Assembly (NCBI GenBank): GCA_036660635.1 | Contig: JAVXAF010000001.1 | Coordinates: forward strand, 17,857 to 81,856 | Direction: 5' to 3' | Length of the DNA: 64,000 nucleotides | From: Clostridia bacterium | GTDB lineage: Bacteria; Bacillota; Clostridia; TANB77; CAG-465 | Shown: positions 16,034-25,174 of the stretch, in pieces | Layout: each line of letters begins with the position of its first letter | Numbering within the stretch: position 1 is the stretch's first letter | Notes under the pieces: generated by a model | What the model was told of the DNA's origin: nothing | Database searches by the model: none | What the model saw: only the letters and a program-made list of their open reading frames with translations | Made by a program: the position numbers and the translations under genes

Positions 16034-17671
16034 TTATATTGTTATTTTTCTTTTTAATTCTGGTATTGTAGTAACACCACTTAATACTTTTTTTACACCA
16101 TCTACTACAAGTGGTTTGTATTCTGTATTTTTAATTGCATATTCTTTTAGCTCCAAATTAGGTTTTCCATCTGCTATCATATCTTTCATATAGTCATCTA
16201 TACAAAGTATCTCAAACACGCCTATTCTCTCGTAATATCCTATATCATTGCAATATTTACATCCAACTGGTTCAAATGGATGAGAATTTTTAATGTCAAA
16301 CTCAGTTCCTGTAAGCTTAGTTACTTTATCAATATACTTTAGTTCTTCTTCTGTAAAATCATGAGGTTTTTTACATTTGTCACATAATCTTCTTACAAGC
16401 CTTTGTGATATTGTAGTAACAACACTAGACGATACATCGTAGCTTGATACTCCCATTTTTCTCATTCTTGTTATTGCTTCAATTGCATCAATTGTATGTA
16501 GAGTAGATAATACTAAGTGACCAGTTTGACCTGCTTCTACAGCTGTTTTTGCTGTTTCTTCGTCTCTTATCTCACCTACTAGTATAATATCTGGATCTTG
16601 TCTTAGAACTGTTCTAAGAGCTGATGCAAATGTTATATTAGGGCCTATTTCAACTTGGTTAATACCTGGTATTCTACGTTCAACTGGATTCTCAATTGAA
16701 ATAATATTTATTGATGGCTTGTCTAAGTACTCAAGCACGCTATACAAAGTTGTAGTTTTACCCTCACCTGTTGGAGCACATACTATAATCATACTGTTTC
16801 TTTTATCAAATGCTCTTTCAACAAGCTCGGAATCTTTTTCAAAACCAAGTTCAAATAAATCTCTTGCTTCTGCATTTTTTCTTAAAAGTCTTAATACAAA
16901 TTTTTCTCCAAAAACATTTTTTTGAGTAGATACACGAATACTAAAATTATCATATGTATCAATACTTCCATCTTGATCATATGCAATTTCTTGATGCATA
17001 TTTGATATTGATTTTAACCTTCCTGTTATGATTTCTTGTCTATTTTTAGGAAGTTCAGTTATTGGTATTAGTTCTCCATCAATTCTATATCTTATCCTTA
17101 TTTTTGTATCCATTGGTTCTACATGTATATCTGATGCTCTTTTATCAATTGCGGTCATTATTATATTATCAATAAGCTTAGAAATATCTTTTTCTTCTTT
17201 ATTTACAAATCCTGATTCAACAGTTTTAATACTAGAAATTTGTTTCATTATAGAAGTATATAGAGTTGCATATATTTCCATATTAAATCCTTGATTCATA
17301 AGTAAAAGTTCTATTTCTTTTACTTTACTTGCATTTTGTGGATCTGCAAATGCAACTTTTAGCGTATTTCCATCTAGAGCAAAAGGGAAAGCTTTATAGT
17401 TTATTATTATATCTCTTGGAAGATATTGAACTGGATTTATTTCAACATCATCTTGTAAAAGTGTTGAATTAATTTGTATTTTAAATGAAAGTACTTCAAG
17501 TAACTGCTCTTTATCACACATATCTAATATATCAACAATTTCACCAAACTTCAAATCTTTGTGCTCTTTTTGATATTCAAGAACTCTATCTACTTGACTT
17601 TCACTTAAAAGTCCCCTTTTTATAAACTCAATGCCAATTGGTGTTTTTCTAGATTTAACATTTTCAAACAT
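16034..17671 (-). CDS. pilB: Type IV pilus assembly ATPase PilB (GspE family)
   Basis: VCAPTGEGKTTTLYS, VGEIRDEETA, and the CxxC...CxxC zinc motif of GspE-type ATPases. Confidence 0.9.
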   Translation of the reverse strand: MFENVKSRKTPIGIEFIKRGLLSESQVDRVLEYQKEHKDLKFGEIVDILDMCDKEQLLEVLSFKIQINSTLLQDDVEINPVQYLPRDIIINYKAFPFALDGNTLKVAFADPQNASKVKEIELLLMNQGFNMEIYATLYTSIMKQISSIKTVESGFVNKEEKDISKLIDNIIMTAIDKRASDIHVEPMDTKIRIRYRIDGELIPITELPKNRQEIITGRLKSISNMHQEIAYDQDGSIDTYDNFSIRVSTQKNVFGEKFVLRLLRKNAEARDLFELGFEKDSELVERAFDKRNSMIIVCAPTGEGKTTTLYSVLEYLDKPSINIISIENPVERRIPGINQVEIGPNITFASALRTVLRQDPDIILVGEIRDEETAKTAVEAGQTGHLVLSTLHTIDAIEAITRMRKMGVSSYDVSSSVVTTISQRLVRRLCDKCKKPHDFTEEELKYIDKVTKLTGTEFDIKNSHPFEPVGCKYCNDIGYYERIGVFEILCIDDYMKDMIADGKPNLELKEYAIKNTEYKPLVVDGVKKVLSGVTTIPELKRKITI

Positions 17672-17683
17672 ATAACTTCCTCC

Positions 17684-17905
17684 TTACCTATTTTCATTTA
17701 TTTTAATTATTGTTTTTTCATAAAATCCATTTATATCTTCTACTGATTTACTATATTTTTCTACTATGTTTTTTTCATATTTATTAGTTAGTATGTCAAA
17801 ATGTTCTTGCTCAGAAAAAGTTGACATTGCATATATGGAAAAAGTAACAGAAGTTAAAATAACCAATAATACTCCTGAGCCTTTTAATCTATTTTTTTTA
17901 CTCAT
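17684..17905 (-). CDS. Small pilin-like protein (73 aa; KGSG|VLLVI N-terminus)
   Basis: Short ORF overlapping the upstream gene by 8 nt. Basic residues, then Gly, then a hydrophobic helix. Confidence 0.4.
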   Translation of the reverse strand: MSKKNRLKGSGVLLVILTSVTFSIYAMSTFSEQEHFDILTNKYEKNIVEKYSKSVEDINGFYEKTIIKINENR

Positions 17906-18377
17906 TTAATTCATCTCCTAGTGCAAAGAAAAACTCACAACTTTTTTCTTCCTTATATTTTAAAAACTTGATTTTTGTTGCAAAACTCTTAGATGCACTA
18001 TCTATTTTTGCTAAAGTTTCAGCATTAATTGAAGTAAGATTAGAAGGTAAAATATCAAATTTACACTCTTCTACTGACTTTACTAATACGCCACCATTTT
18101 TAAAAATAGTTTTTTTTGTACTATCATATGTATATATATCATTATTTGAAAAAGTGATTTTATCTGCTGTTGTCTCTACCCACTGACTTGACTTTGCACT
18201 ACTTAATAGATTTACTTGTAGTTTATCTCTTTGCTCATTAATGTATATATTTCCCTTCTCAGTCATAATTTTATAATTCATATTAGCACTCATTGCAACT
18301 GCAAAAGTAGTAAACAAAAAGAATAACACAACATACAAAACTATTGAAACCATTGTAAGACCAGAAGCTTTTTTCAT
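17898..18377 (-). CDS. Minor pilin-like protein (159 aa; KKASG|LTMVS)
   Basis: Class-III-like N-terminus without Glu5, located in the pilus operon. Confidence 0.5.
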   Translation of the reverse strand: MKKASGLTMVSIVLYVVLFFLFTTFAVAMSANMNYKIMTEKGNIYINEQRDKLQVNLLSSAKSSQWVETTADKITFSNNDIYTYDSTKKTIFKNGGVLVKSVEECKFDILPSNLTSINAETLAKIDSASKSFATKIKFLKYKEEKSCEFFFALGDELNE

Positions 18378-18380
18378 ATG

Positions 18381-19178
18381 TTACACCTTCCCTTTTAAAG
18401 TATCTAAACTAAATTCTTTTGGTTTACCATCTACCATATACTCTACCTTAACATTTACTTTTTTTACAATATCTTCTTTTGACAAATCCTCATCACAATA
18501 TTTTGAAACACTAGTGCTTACCATATAAGTTATATTATCCATTTTTTCTGATGTGGTAGACGAATCCAGTAAATCATACTTTGTTGCAAGTGACACTTCA
18601 ATATTTTTTGTAGCTATCGCAATAGCATTGCTCTTAGCAATGTTTATTATAGACTTCTTTTGATAATTTAAACTCATAATATATGAAGATACTAAAAAAA
18701 GTGTAAACATTATCATAGCTACAACAAGCTCAGATAAAAATACTCCGCTCTTTTTACTTAGTTTTTTTTTATTTAGTTCTACTTTTTCTTCTTCACTCAT
18801 TTTAGATTTCATAATTAAAGATCCTGCTATAGTAAATATAACAGCATATACAAGGCATACAACAAGCAAAGTAAAAGTATAACCAAATATAAAATATAGC
18901 AAAACAAATACTATACCATTAGAAAGCTCTAAAAGTATATATCTAGGACTTATTTGAGAACCACAATACTTGCATTTTCCTCCTCTTATAACAAAACTTA
19001 AAATTGGAATTAAATCGAAAAATCCAAGTCTATGTTTACAACTTGTACAATATGATCTCGTAGCCACTATGTCCTGATGTCTTGGAAGTCTATAGGTAGC
19101 AAGTGAGAAGAAACTTCCAAATAAAGTACCAATTACAAATATACAAAATACAACAAATATATTTAAAAATACTAACAC
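18381..19178 (-). CDS. Fusion ORF: PilD N-terminal domain (TM1, 4-Cys loop, TM2-3; no A24 peptidase catalytic domain) fused in frame to a canonical pilin domain (KKSG|VFLSE)
   Basis: The first ~120 aa match the prepilin peptidase N-terminus (CTSCKHRL...GGKCKYCGSQISPRYILLEL). Then come MKSKMSEEEK...KKSGVFLSELVVAMIMFTLF and a soluble pilin-like C-terminus. No other ORF of 60 aa or more in this interval could supply the peptidase domain. Confidence 0.6.
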   Translation of the reverse strand: MLVFLNIFVVFCIFVIGTLFGSFFSLATYRLPRHQDIVATRSYCTSCKHRLGFFDLIPILSFVIRGGKCKYCGSQISPRYILLELSNGIVFVLLYFIFGYTFTLLVVCLVYAVIFTIAGSLIMKSKMSEEEKVELNKKKLSKKSGVFLSELVVAMIMFTLFLVSSYIMSLNYQKKSIINIAKSNAIAIATKNIEVSLATKYDLLDSSTTSEKMDNITYMVSTSVSKYCDEDLSKEDIVKKVNVKVEYMVDGKPKEFSLDTLKGKV

Positions 19179-19189
19179 TAGCTCACCTC

Positions 19190-19260
19190 CATGAATAATA
19201 TTTACATTTTACAATATACTTAAGTATACTCTAAAATATATATATAGTGGTTAGACCATA
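19190..19260 (-). terminator. Possible attenuator/terminator hairpin downstream of the major pilin gene
   Basis: gaccatatacacagcagagtatatatggcc stem, flanked by A/T-rich sequence. Confidence 0.3.
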
Positions 19261-19340
19261 TACACAGCAGAGTATATATGGCCTTTCCATTTAATCGTAT
19301 TTTAAAATTTTAATTTATTTAATTACTACACTCTAGTAGT

Positions 19341-19742
19341 TTATTTTGTGATTGTAAGTGAACCATCTACTACTGTATATGTGGCTACTTTTCCTTTCAT
19401 TTCAGGTAATCCAATCTCTGACCATTCTACTCTTAATACTACTATACCACTTGCAATCAAGTCCGCAGGTAATGCATCTGTTTTTTTATCTGATATATAA
19501 ACATGAGTCTTACCCTCTAGTAGTGACTTATAGTCTGCAGCCTCTGCTTGTTTAGATGCTAAATATAATGATAATGCAGACTTAACTTCAGCCTTATCGT
19601 TAGCTGTTACTGCATCTCCTGCTTTTGCAATTGGATTGTTTCCATTATTAAATGATAGAATAACTGCTGCTGCTAAAATGATTATAACGATTATTGTTAT
19701 AACTAATACGATTAAAGAAATACCTTTTTTGTTTGCTTTCAT
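19341..19742 (-). CDS. Major pilin candidate (133 aa), N-terminus MKANKKG|ISLIVLVITIIVIIILAAAV without Glu5
   Basis: Sits at the pilA position in the locus. Shares its N-terminal 40 aa with the two 340-aa paralogs at the left end of the window. Confidence 0.65.
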   Translation of the reverse strand: MKANKKGISLIVLVITIIVIIILAAAVILSFNNGNNPIAKAGDAVTANDKAEVKSALSLYLASKQAEAADYKSLLEGKTHVYISDKKTDALPADLIASGIVVLRVEWSEIGLPEMKGKVATYTVVDGSLTITK

Positions 19743-19818
19743 AAAAGCTCCTCCTTATAAAAATATATTTATCAAAACAATTATCTTATTTTAATTGACA
19801 AATTGTTTTAACCTAAAG

Positions 19819-20325
19819 TTATTTGCCTATTTTAAGGCAATCTAAATCAGATGTCCACCAAGATGGAGATCCTTCCACTCTAAGATATTGACCATCTTGA
19901 ATATACCATGTGATACCTTCATATTCTGGTAAAGTTACCTTGAGTATTTTTGAAAAATTCTTTGGTAATGCTTCATAGCATACTTTTGAATTTTCTTCTT
20001 TTTTCTTTTCTTTATTTGCTAGAGGAGTAATTTCTTCTTTGCTATTTTCCTCTTTTGTTATTTTTGTTTCTTTTTTGTTTTCATTTGTATTTTCTTTTTT
20101 AGGTGTAACACCTAGTATTATTTCATCTTTGTTGTATATTCCAAAAGTTTCAGAATATGTATTTCCTACATAATATGAAAGCTTTGCTTGAATATCTATT
20201 ACATTTTTTAAGAACTCTGCTTTTGTATGTTCATCTTTACTTCCTACTTTTGTCATTATTAATAGTGTAGCAAGAATAACTAGTATAATAACAAGAATTG
20301 TTATTATTATAGAGTTTTTTTTCAT
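19819..20325 (-). CDS. Pilus-associated membrane-anchored protein with a C-terminal Cys pair (168 aa)
   Basis: N-terminal hydrophobic anchor without Gly. A C...C pair near the C-terminus resembles a pilin D-region. Confidence 0.4.
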   Translation of the reverse strand: MKKNSIIITILVIILVILATLLIMTKVGSKDEHTKAEFLKNVIDIQAKLSYYVGNTYSETFGIYNKDEIILGVTPKKENTNENKKETKITKEENSKEEITPLANKEKKKEENSKVCYEALPKNFSKILKVTLPEYEGITWYIQDGQYLRVEGSPSWWTSDLDCLKIGK

Positions 20326-20337
20326 ATGTCTTCCCCC

Positions 20338-20745
20338 TTATTTATTTGTTGAAGGTGGATTTGGTGTTCCACCATTACTATTTGTTGTTTTATCAGTTGT
20401 TGAAGTAGAGCCTCCGCCGTTTGTGTTGTTATTAGTATTACCACTATTATCATTTCCAGTTTGACTAGAAGCAAACGGATCTGAGTTTCCAGCTTTATAT
20501 TGATTAGTTTTTTTGAAGTTTGTTATATCTTCACTAGTTATTATATATTCATGAATAAGAGCATCAGTTGATATATCTTTTGTACTTACAAATTGGTAAT
20601 CTGATTTTTTTATATTTTCATAGTCTTCTACGTTAGTTTTTGCTATATGTGCTTTTTGAGGCAACATTAACATAAAAGCTATTATTGCAACTGAAAAAAG
20701 TACTAAAACACTCATACTAAACGTTATTGCAAATGTTTTTTTCAT
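20338..20745 (-). CDS. Pilus-assembly-associated membrane protein with a low-complexity N/G/S/T-rich tail (135 aa)
   Basis: TM helix followed by a low-complexity tail; located in the operon. Confidence 0.4.
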   Translation of the reverse strand: MKKTFAITFSMSVLVLFSVAIIAFMLMLPQKAHIAKTNVEDYENIKKSDYQFVSTKDISTDALIHEYIITSEDITNFKKTNQYKAGNSDPFASSQTGNDNSGNTNNNTNGGGSTSTTDKTTNSNGGTPNPPSTNK

Positions 20746-20772
20746 ATTTCAACTTCATCTCCTTTTTATATA

Positions 20773-21507
20773 TTATTTGTTTATTGTTAGATTTTTAACA
20801 TTAAAGGTAGCTTTTATTGTTGTTCCTTCAACATATTCCATAACAATATTATCAAGTTTAAATCTTAATTCTTTATCATTTTCTACTTCAAATACAAAAC
20901 TTGAAACATCTATATAGCTTCCTGATACTTGTATTTTAAATATTGTATCTTCTATATTGTTACCACTTCCAATATTTGGAAACTCTAGACTTGGTAGCTT
21001 TGGTGCTGTCTCTTTTTGAGATGTCTCTTGAGTTGTAGTAGTTGTAGTAGTTGTAGTATCAGAAGTGGCAGCTTTAGTTTCATCTTTTTTATCTATAACA
21101 GTATTTTCTTTTCCACCTGGCTCAACAACTATTATTGATAAATTGTTTACCCTAGCGTAGTTTCCAAGTCTTATCCACATATATTCAATGCTATATTTTT
21201 CTTTTGTAGTTGCATCTTTTATTATATCTATAGTTTCATTGCTTATTGCTTCATATTTTTGTTTTTCTTTTGAGTAATTTAATTTTTCATCTTCTAAACT
21301 TTTTTTTGTAGTTTTATATGAATCTTCTGCCTTTATTAATGTTTCTTCTGCTTGGCTTACTATACTATGATTATCTATTAAAGATTTAATCGAAGAAAAT
21401 TTAATTATTCCTAAATTTACATCTACAAGGCAAAAAAGTATAAATAAACCTAAAGCTACAATACTTATTATTATGAATATTATCAACTTTTTTTTATTAT
21501 TTAACAT
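20773..21507 (-). CDS. pilO: PilO-like pilus assembly protein (TM + coiled coil)
   Basis: Topology and its position after pilMN. Confidence 0.55.
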   Translation of the reverse strand: MLNNKKKLIIFIIISIVALGLFILFCLVDVNLGIIKFSSIKSLIDNHSIVSQAEETLIKAEDSYKTTKKSLEDEKLNYSKEKQKYEAISNETIDIIKDATTKEKYSIEYMWIRLGNYARVNNLSIIVVEPGGKENTVIDKKDETKAATSDTTTTTTTTTQETSQKETAPKLPSLEFPNIGSGNNIEDTIFKIQVSGSYIDVSSFVFEVENDKELRFKLDNIVMEYVEGTTIKATFNVKNLTINK

Positions 21508-23141
21508 TATGGCAATTCACCGCCAATCTCCACAATAGTAGTAGTTGCATTTTTAACATTATTTATTTTAACATTATTTAATACGCCATCTATTTTTAAT
21601 TGTGCTACAAAATATCCAAGATCAGCATAACTTGCAGATTGTGCTACTATTTTAATATGTTTGTTATCATCTGAGCTTATAGTCTTTAGTTGAATATTTT
21701 TTGGTATTACTTTTATAATATTTTGTAAAAATGATGCCACATTATATGTTGTATATTTTTTTATTTGATTATTTTCAATTTGTGAAGCTATTTTTGATAC
21801 TTCGTCATTTATTTCTTTATATTTTTTTGTATTAGAGTTTATATAATTAAAATCGTTTTCTATTTCTTTAGTTTTTAATTCTGTATCTTCTTTTTCACGA
21901 TTTAAGTCTTTTTTCATTGATTCCACTTTTGAAGTATATAGTCCAGTAAATCCTAGATACGTAATTAAAATCAAAGAAATTACAATTGCAGATGATCCAA
22001 ATAAATTAACTACTTTTTCAGATGTAAAATCCGTTGTAATGCTTTTATTTTTTAATCTACTCTCTTTTTCGTCTCCTCTTTGTTCTGTATTTCCACTTTT
22101 TTGTCTGCTTTCAAATAAGCTACTTAAAGTTTTTTTAATTTTTGAAGTTGAAGTAAGAAACTCAAGATTTCTATTTTCGTGTGTCAATCCCTCATAAGCT
22201 AGTGTAATAGCAGCGGTAGTTTCTAATATTTCCGCAATATTTCTAACATTACTTGTATCAGTTACAAACTTTGGCTTTAGTATTTCGCATTTTATTTCTA
22301 AATATTCTCGAAATAAAATATCAATATTTGTAAATACAACTCCAGTTCCAGTAAGTATTACTTTGGAAACGTCTTTTCTATGCTTTGTTACTTGCATAGA
22401 AACATATTTTAAAACCTCTTGTAAAATGGGTTCTGTTATTCCTTCTAGTGCTTTATCATTTATAGATTCACCCTCGGTAAATACATTCATTTGTTTACAA
22501 GCTTCGTACGCTTTTTGATAACTTCCAAGTCTTACCGTAAAATCAGCTAAAATAGATTTCATTCCAACATTATATGATCTAAACTCAGCAAGTTTGCCAT
22601 CTATTACTACAGTTATAGTTAGATCGTCATCCAAATTTACAAGTATATAATTTGTTTCGTCTAAGCTAACTAAGTTTTCTAAAAGAAGAGGAGATGGGTA
22701 AATATTTGATATTTTTACGCCATTTATTGTACTATATTCCTCTATTGTAGATTTTTCAGCTATATTAATTACAGCATCTTTTTTATTTTCACTATTTTTT
22801 AAATCCGATACTCTATATACATATGAATATTTATCTGGTGATTTTGCATTTTTTTCGCACCACGCTTCAAACTCCATTTTCATTACATCAGCTGCGTAGT
22901 TTTTTGTTTGAGCCTGATCATACATTTGGGCAGTTATATATTTATCATCTTGAGAGTTAAGTACAATAGCACAGTCTTTGGAATTGGTATGTTCTATTAT
23001 TTCAGAAATTAAAGCTTTTTTATTTGTACTTGCAAATCTAACGCCATATTGTTCAAGCTTTATATTAGCGTTATTATCGCTAGATACTTTAGCATATTTT
23101 ACAATATTGTCATTTAGATATATTCCTAAACAATTTGCCAT
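21507..23141 (-). CDS. pilMN: PilM-PilN fusion (actin-like ATPase domain + TM + coiled-coil periplasmic domain)
   Basis: 544 aa. The N-terminal ~370 aa are PilM-like, with a TM helix near residue 385 and a PilN-like tail. The same fusion is known in clostridial type IV pilus loci. Confidence 0.7.
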   Translation of the reverse strand: MANCLGIYLNDNIVKYAKVSSDNNANIKLEQYGVRFASTNKKALISEIIEHTNSKDCAIVLNSQDDKYITAQMYDQAQTKNYAADVMKMEFEAWCEKNAKSPDKYSYVYRVSDLKNSENKKDAVINIAEKSTIEEYSTINGVKISNIYPSPLLLENLVSLDETNYILVNLDDDLTITVVIDGKLAEFRSYNVGMKSILADFTVRLGSYQKAYEACKQMNVFTEGESINDKALEGITEPILQEVLKYVSMQVTKHRKDVSKVILTGTGVVFTNIDILFREYLEIKCEILKPKFVTDTSNVRNIAEILETTAAITLAYEGLTHENRNLEFLTSTSKIKKTLSSLFESRQKSGNTEQRGDEKESRLKNKSITTDFTSEKVVNLFGSSAIVISLILITYLGFTGLYTSKVESMKKDLNREKEDTELKTKEIENDFNYINSNTKKYKEINDEVSKIASQIENNQIKKYTTYNVASFLQNIIKVIPKNIQLKTISSDDNKHIKIVAQSASYADLGYFVAQLKIDGVLNNVKINNVKNATTTIVEIGGELP

Positions 23142-23453
23142 GTTTCTCTCCTTTTTTGTTTATTTCGTGATGATTTTTAAAAAATCAATCTATTGCCATT
23201 CTTATCTTTTGTAATTTTTTTATAATTATTTAACAATTACAGCAATATTACATACGTAGGTATTGTAAATACAATTTATCATATTTTGCTCCATTATTCA
23301 ACAATTCATCACAGTGTAATTTTATTTTAATTAATATGTAATATTTTTGTAACAAAGCCTTACGTTCCTTATAACAGCTGAAACAGACAGGTTTTAACAT
23401 ATGATTAAAACCTGTCTGTTTTTGTCGAATTTTTCTTTAATACGTACTTATTG

Positions 23454-24056
23454 TTACTTTTTTACAGTTATACTAAGTTTTTCTGCTTTTGCACCAAGTT
23501 GATCTACTAATATTTGTTGTATTTGTGCAATTTGTTCTTTTTTTAATTCTTCACGTGAGCTTACAACAACATTAATATTATAATTATCTGTAGGTATTAT
23601 CACTATATCTTTGATTCCTTTTGACTTAATAACATTTTCTACCATATTAATTAAATTTTTTTGTTTAATTAGTTCATTTAGCTTTACTTGATATTCGGTT
23701 ATTTTTTCTTGAGATGTTTTTTCATTTTTAATTATATTTGAATAATTTTCACTTAACTCTGAGAACATATTATCTCTATCATATTTAAATACTGCTATTG
23801 AATTTTGTTCTATAGTACTATTCACACCTTTTGTACTATTTTTATCATCAGAAGTGTGTTTTTTCTGATTTTCTTTTTCCTCTTCCTCGTATATGCTGAC
23901 GTCTTGGTATGTAAAACTGTCTTTTCCATTAACATACATTGTCTGTCCTAGATTTTTTTCTCTTTCAGGATTATATTTGTAATTTATATATCCTGCAACT
24001 ACTGCCATTAAACTAATCGATAAAATAGCAATCTGTCCTCTTTTTATTACTGTCAT
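23454..24056 (-). CDS. spoIIIAH: Stage III sporulation protein AH
   Basis: Last gene of the spoIIIA operon. Signal anchor followed by a YscJ/FliF-like domain. Confidence 0.75.
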   Translation of the reverse strand: MTVIKRGQIAILSISLMAVVAGYINYKYNPEREKNLGQTMYVNGKDSFTYQDVSIYEEEEKENQKKHTSDDKNSTKGVNSTIEQNSIAVFKYDRDNMFSELSENYSNIIKNEKTSQEKITEYQVKLNELIKQKNLINMVENVIKSKGIKDIVIIPTDNYNINVVVSSREELKKEQIAQIQQILVDQLGAKAEKLSITVKK

Positions 24057-24064
24057 TTTTTCAC

Positions 24065-24637
24065 CTACCCTTGTTTTTCAAAAACTTGTACTTTATATAT
24101 AGGAACACTTGTAATTGACGATACAGCTGAAGCAATCTTTGATCTGGTATCAACTGAGTTTGCGCCTTTGGCTACGATTATAACACCTTCTATTTTAGGC
24201 ATTTCAATTGTTTCAATTATAGCTTTTTTACCGCTTCCTTCTTCATTGTATGCTACTGTTTTTTCTGTTGTTTTTTCACTATTTTTCTCTAGCTCTTTAG
24301 TATTATATATAGGAGTTTTTTTACTATCTTGGCTATATGTAATCAATGCCGAAACTTCACTTATGCCAGATATTTGAGAAAGTATATTTGATAACTTATT
24401 TTCTAAGTTAGAATTTATATTAGCTGTATTTGTATCAACATTGCCCTTACTATTACTATTTATATTCTTATCCTTGCTTGTACTATTACTAGTCTCACCT
24501 TTTTTTGTGGTATCAGTCTTGAAAATATAGTTTCCTGCTATAAGTAAAATAACGATAAGTACTAAAAGCAGCACTAAGTTTTGAGTTCTTTTTTCTTTAT
24601 TTTTGGTCATATCTTTTATCACTGTTAAATAATTCAT
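24065..24637 (-). CDS. spoIIIAG: Stage III sporulation protein AG
   Basis: Operon position, and a conserved C-terminal ring-forming domain (VIIVAKGANSVDTRSKIASAVSS). Confidence 0.8.
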   Translation of the reverse strand: MNYLTVIKDMTKNKEKRTQNLVLLLVLIVILLIAGNYIFKTDTTKKGETSNSTSKDKNINSNSKGNVDTNTANINSNLENKLSNILSQISGISEVSALITYSQDSKKTPIYNTKELEKNSEKTTEKTVAYNEEGSGKKAIIETIEMPKIEGVIIVAKGANSVDTRSKIASAVSSITSVPIYKVQVFEKQG

Positions 24638-25164
24638 TTTTTTGCCTCCTCTGTCACGGATATTTTTGAGTATTTTATTCCATATTCTTTATTTATATAA
24701 TTTATAACACTATTTACATTTATTATATTTGTATTTTTTTTGTTTATATTTTCTATATTTATATCAATGTTTTCCACATTATAGTTTTCATCAAGTGCAA
24801 TATCAATATTATTTACATTTACTTTTTGTTCTTCTAACTTTGTTTTTATATCTTCTTTCATACTAAGTATCATATTTTGTTCTATTGTTTCTTTAGTTGC
24901 CTCTTTATATTTTGTGCTTTCATTTTGGTTTATATGGTTTTCTTCAATAGATATGTTTGCTATTACTTCTTTTATCCCATCTTCAATGCTATTTTCTTTA
25001 AGTAGCTTTATAACTGGCGATACAATAGTAAGGATTGTAACTATTCCAATTAAAGAATAAATGTATTTTTTTAAATTTGTTTTAGGTATTATAAGCTGTA
25101 CAAAAGTTATAAATATTCCAATACAGAGCATAGAGCTTATCCATATTTTAAAAACTTCTACCAT
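24634..25164 (-). CDS. spoIIIAF: Stage III sporulation protein AF
   Basis: Operon position; two N-terminal TM helices. Confidence 0.7.
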   Translation of the reverse strand: MVEVFKIWISSMLCIGIFITFVQLIIPKTNLKKYIYSLIGIVTILTIVSPVIKLLKENSIEDGIKEVIANISIEENHINQNESTKYKEATKETIEQNMILSMKEDIKTKLEEQKVNVNNIDIALDENYNVENIDINIENINKKNTNIINVNSVINYINKEYGIKYSKISVTEEAKK

Positions 25165-25174
25165 ATTTCCTCCT

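Noticed and set aside
23142-23453. c-di-GMP riboswitch upstream of the pilus operon
   Set aside because: The region is extremely AT-rich with no GEMM-like conserved helices. Only a terminator hairpin (aaacagacaggtttt...aaaacctgtctgttt) was seen.
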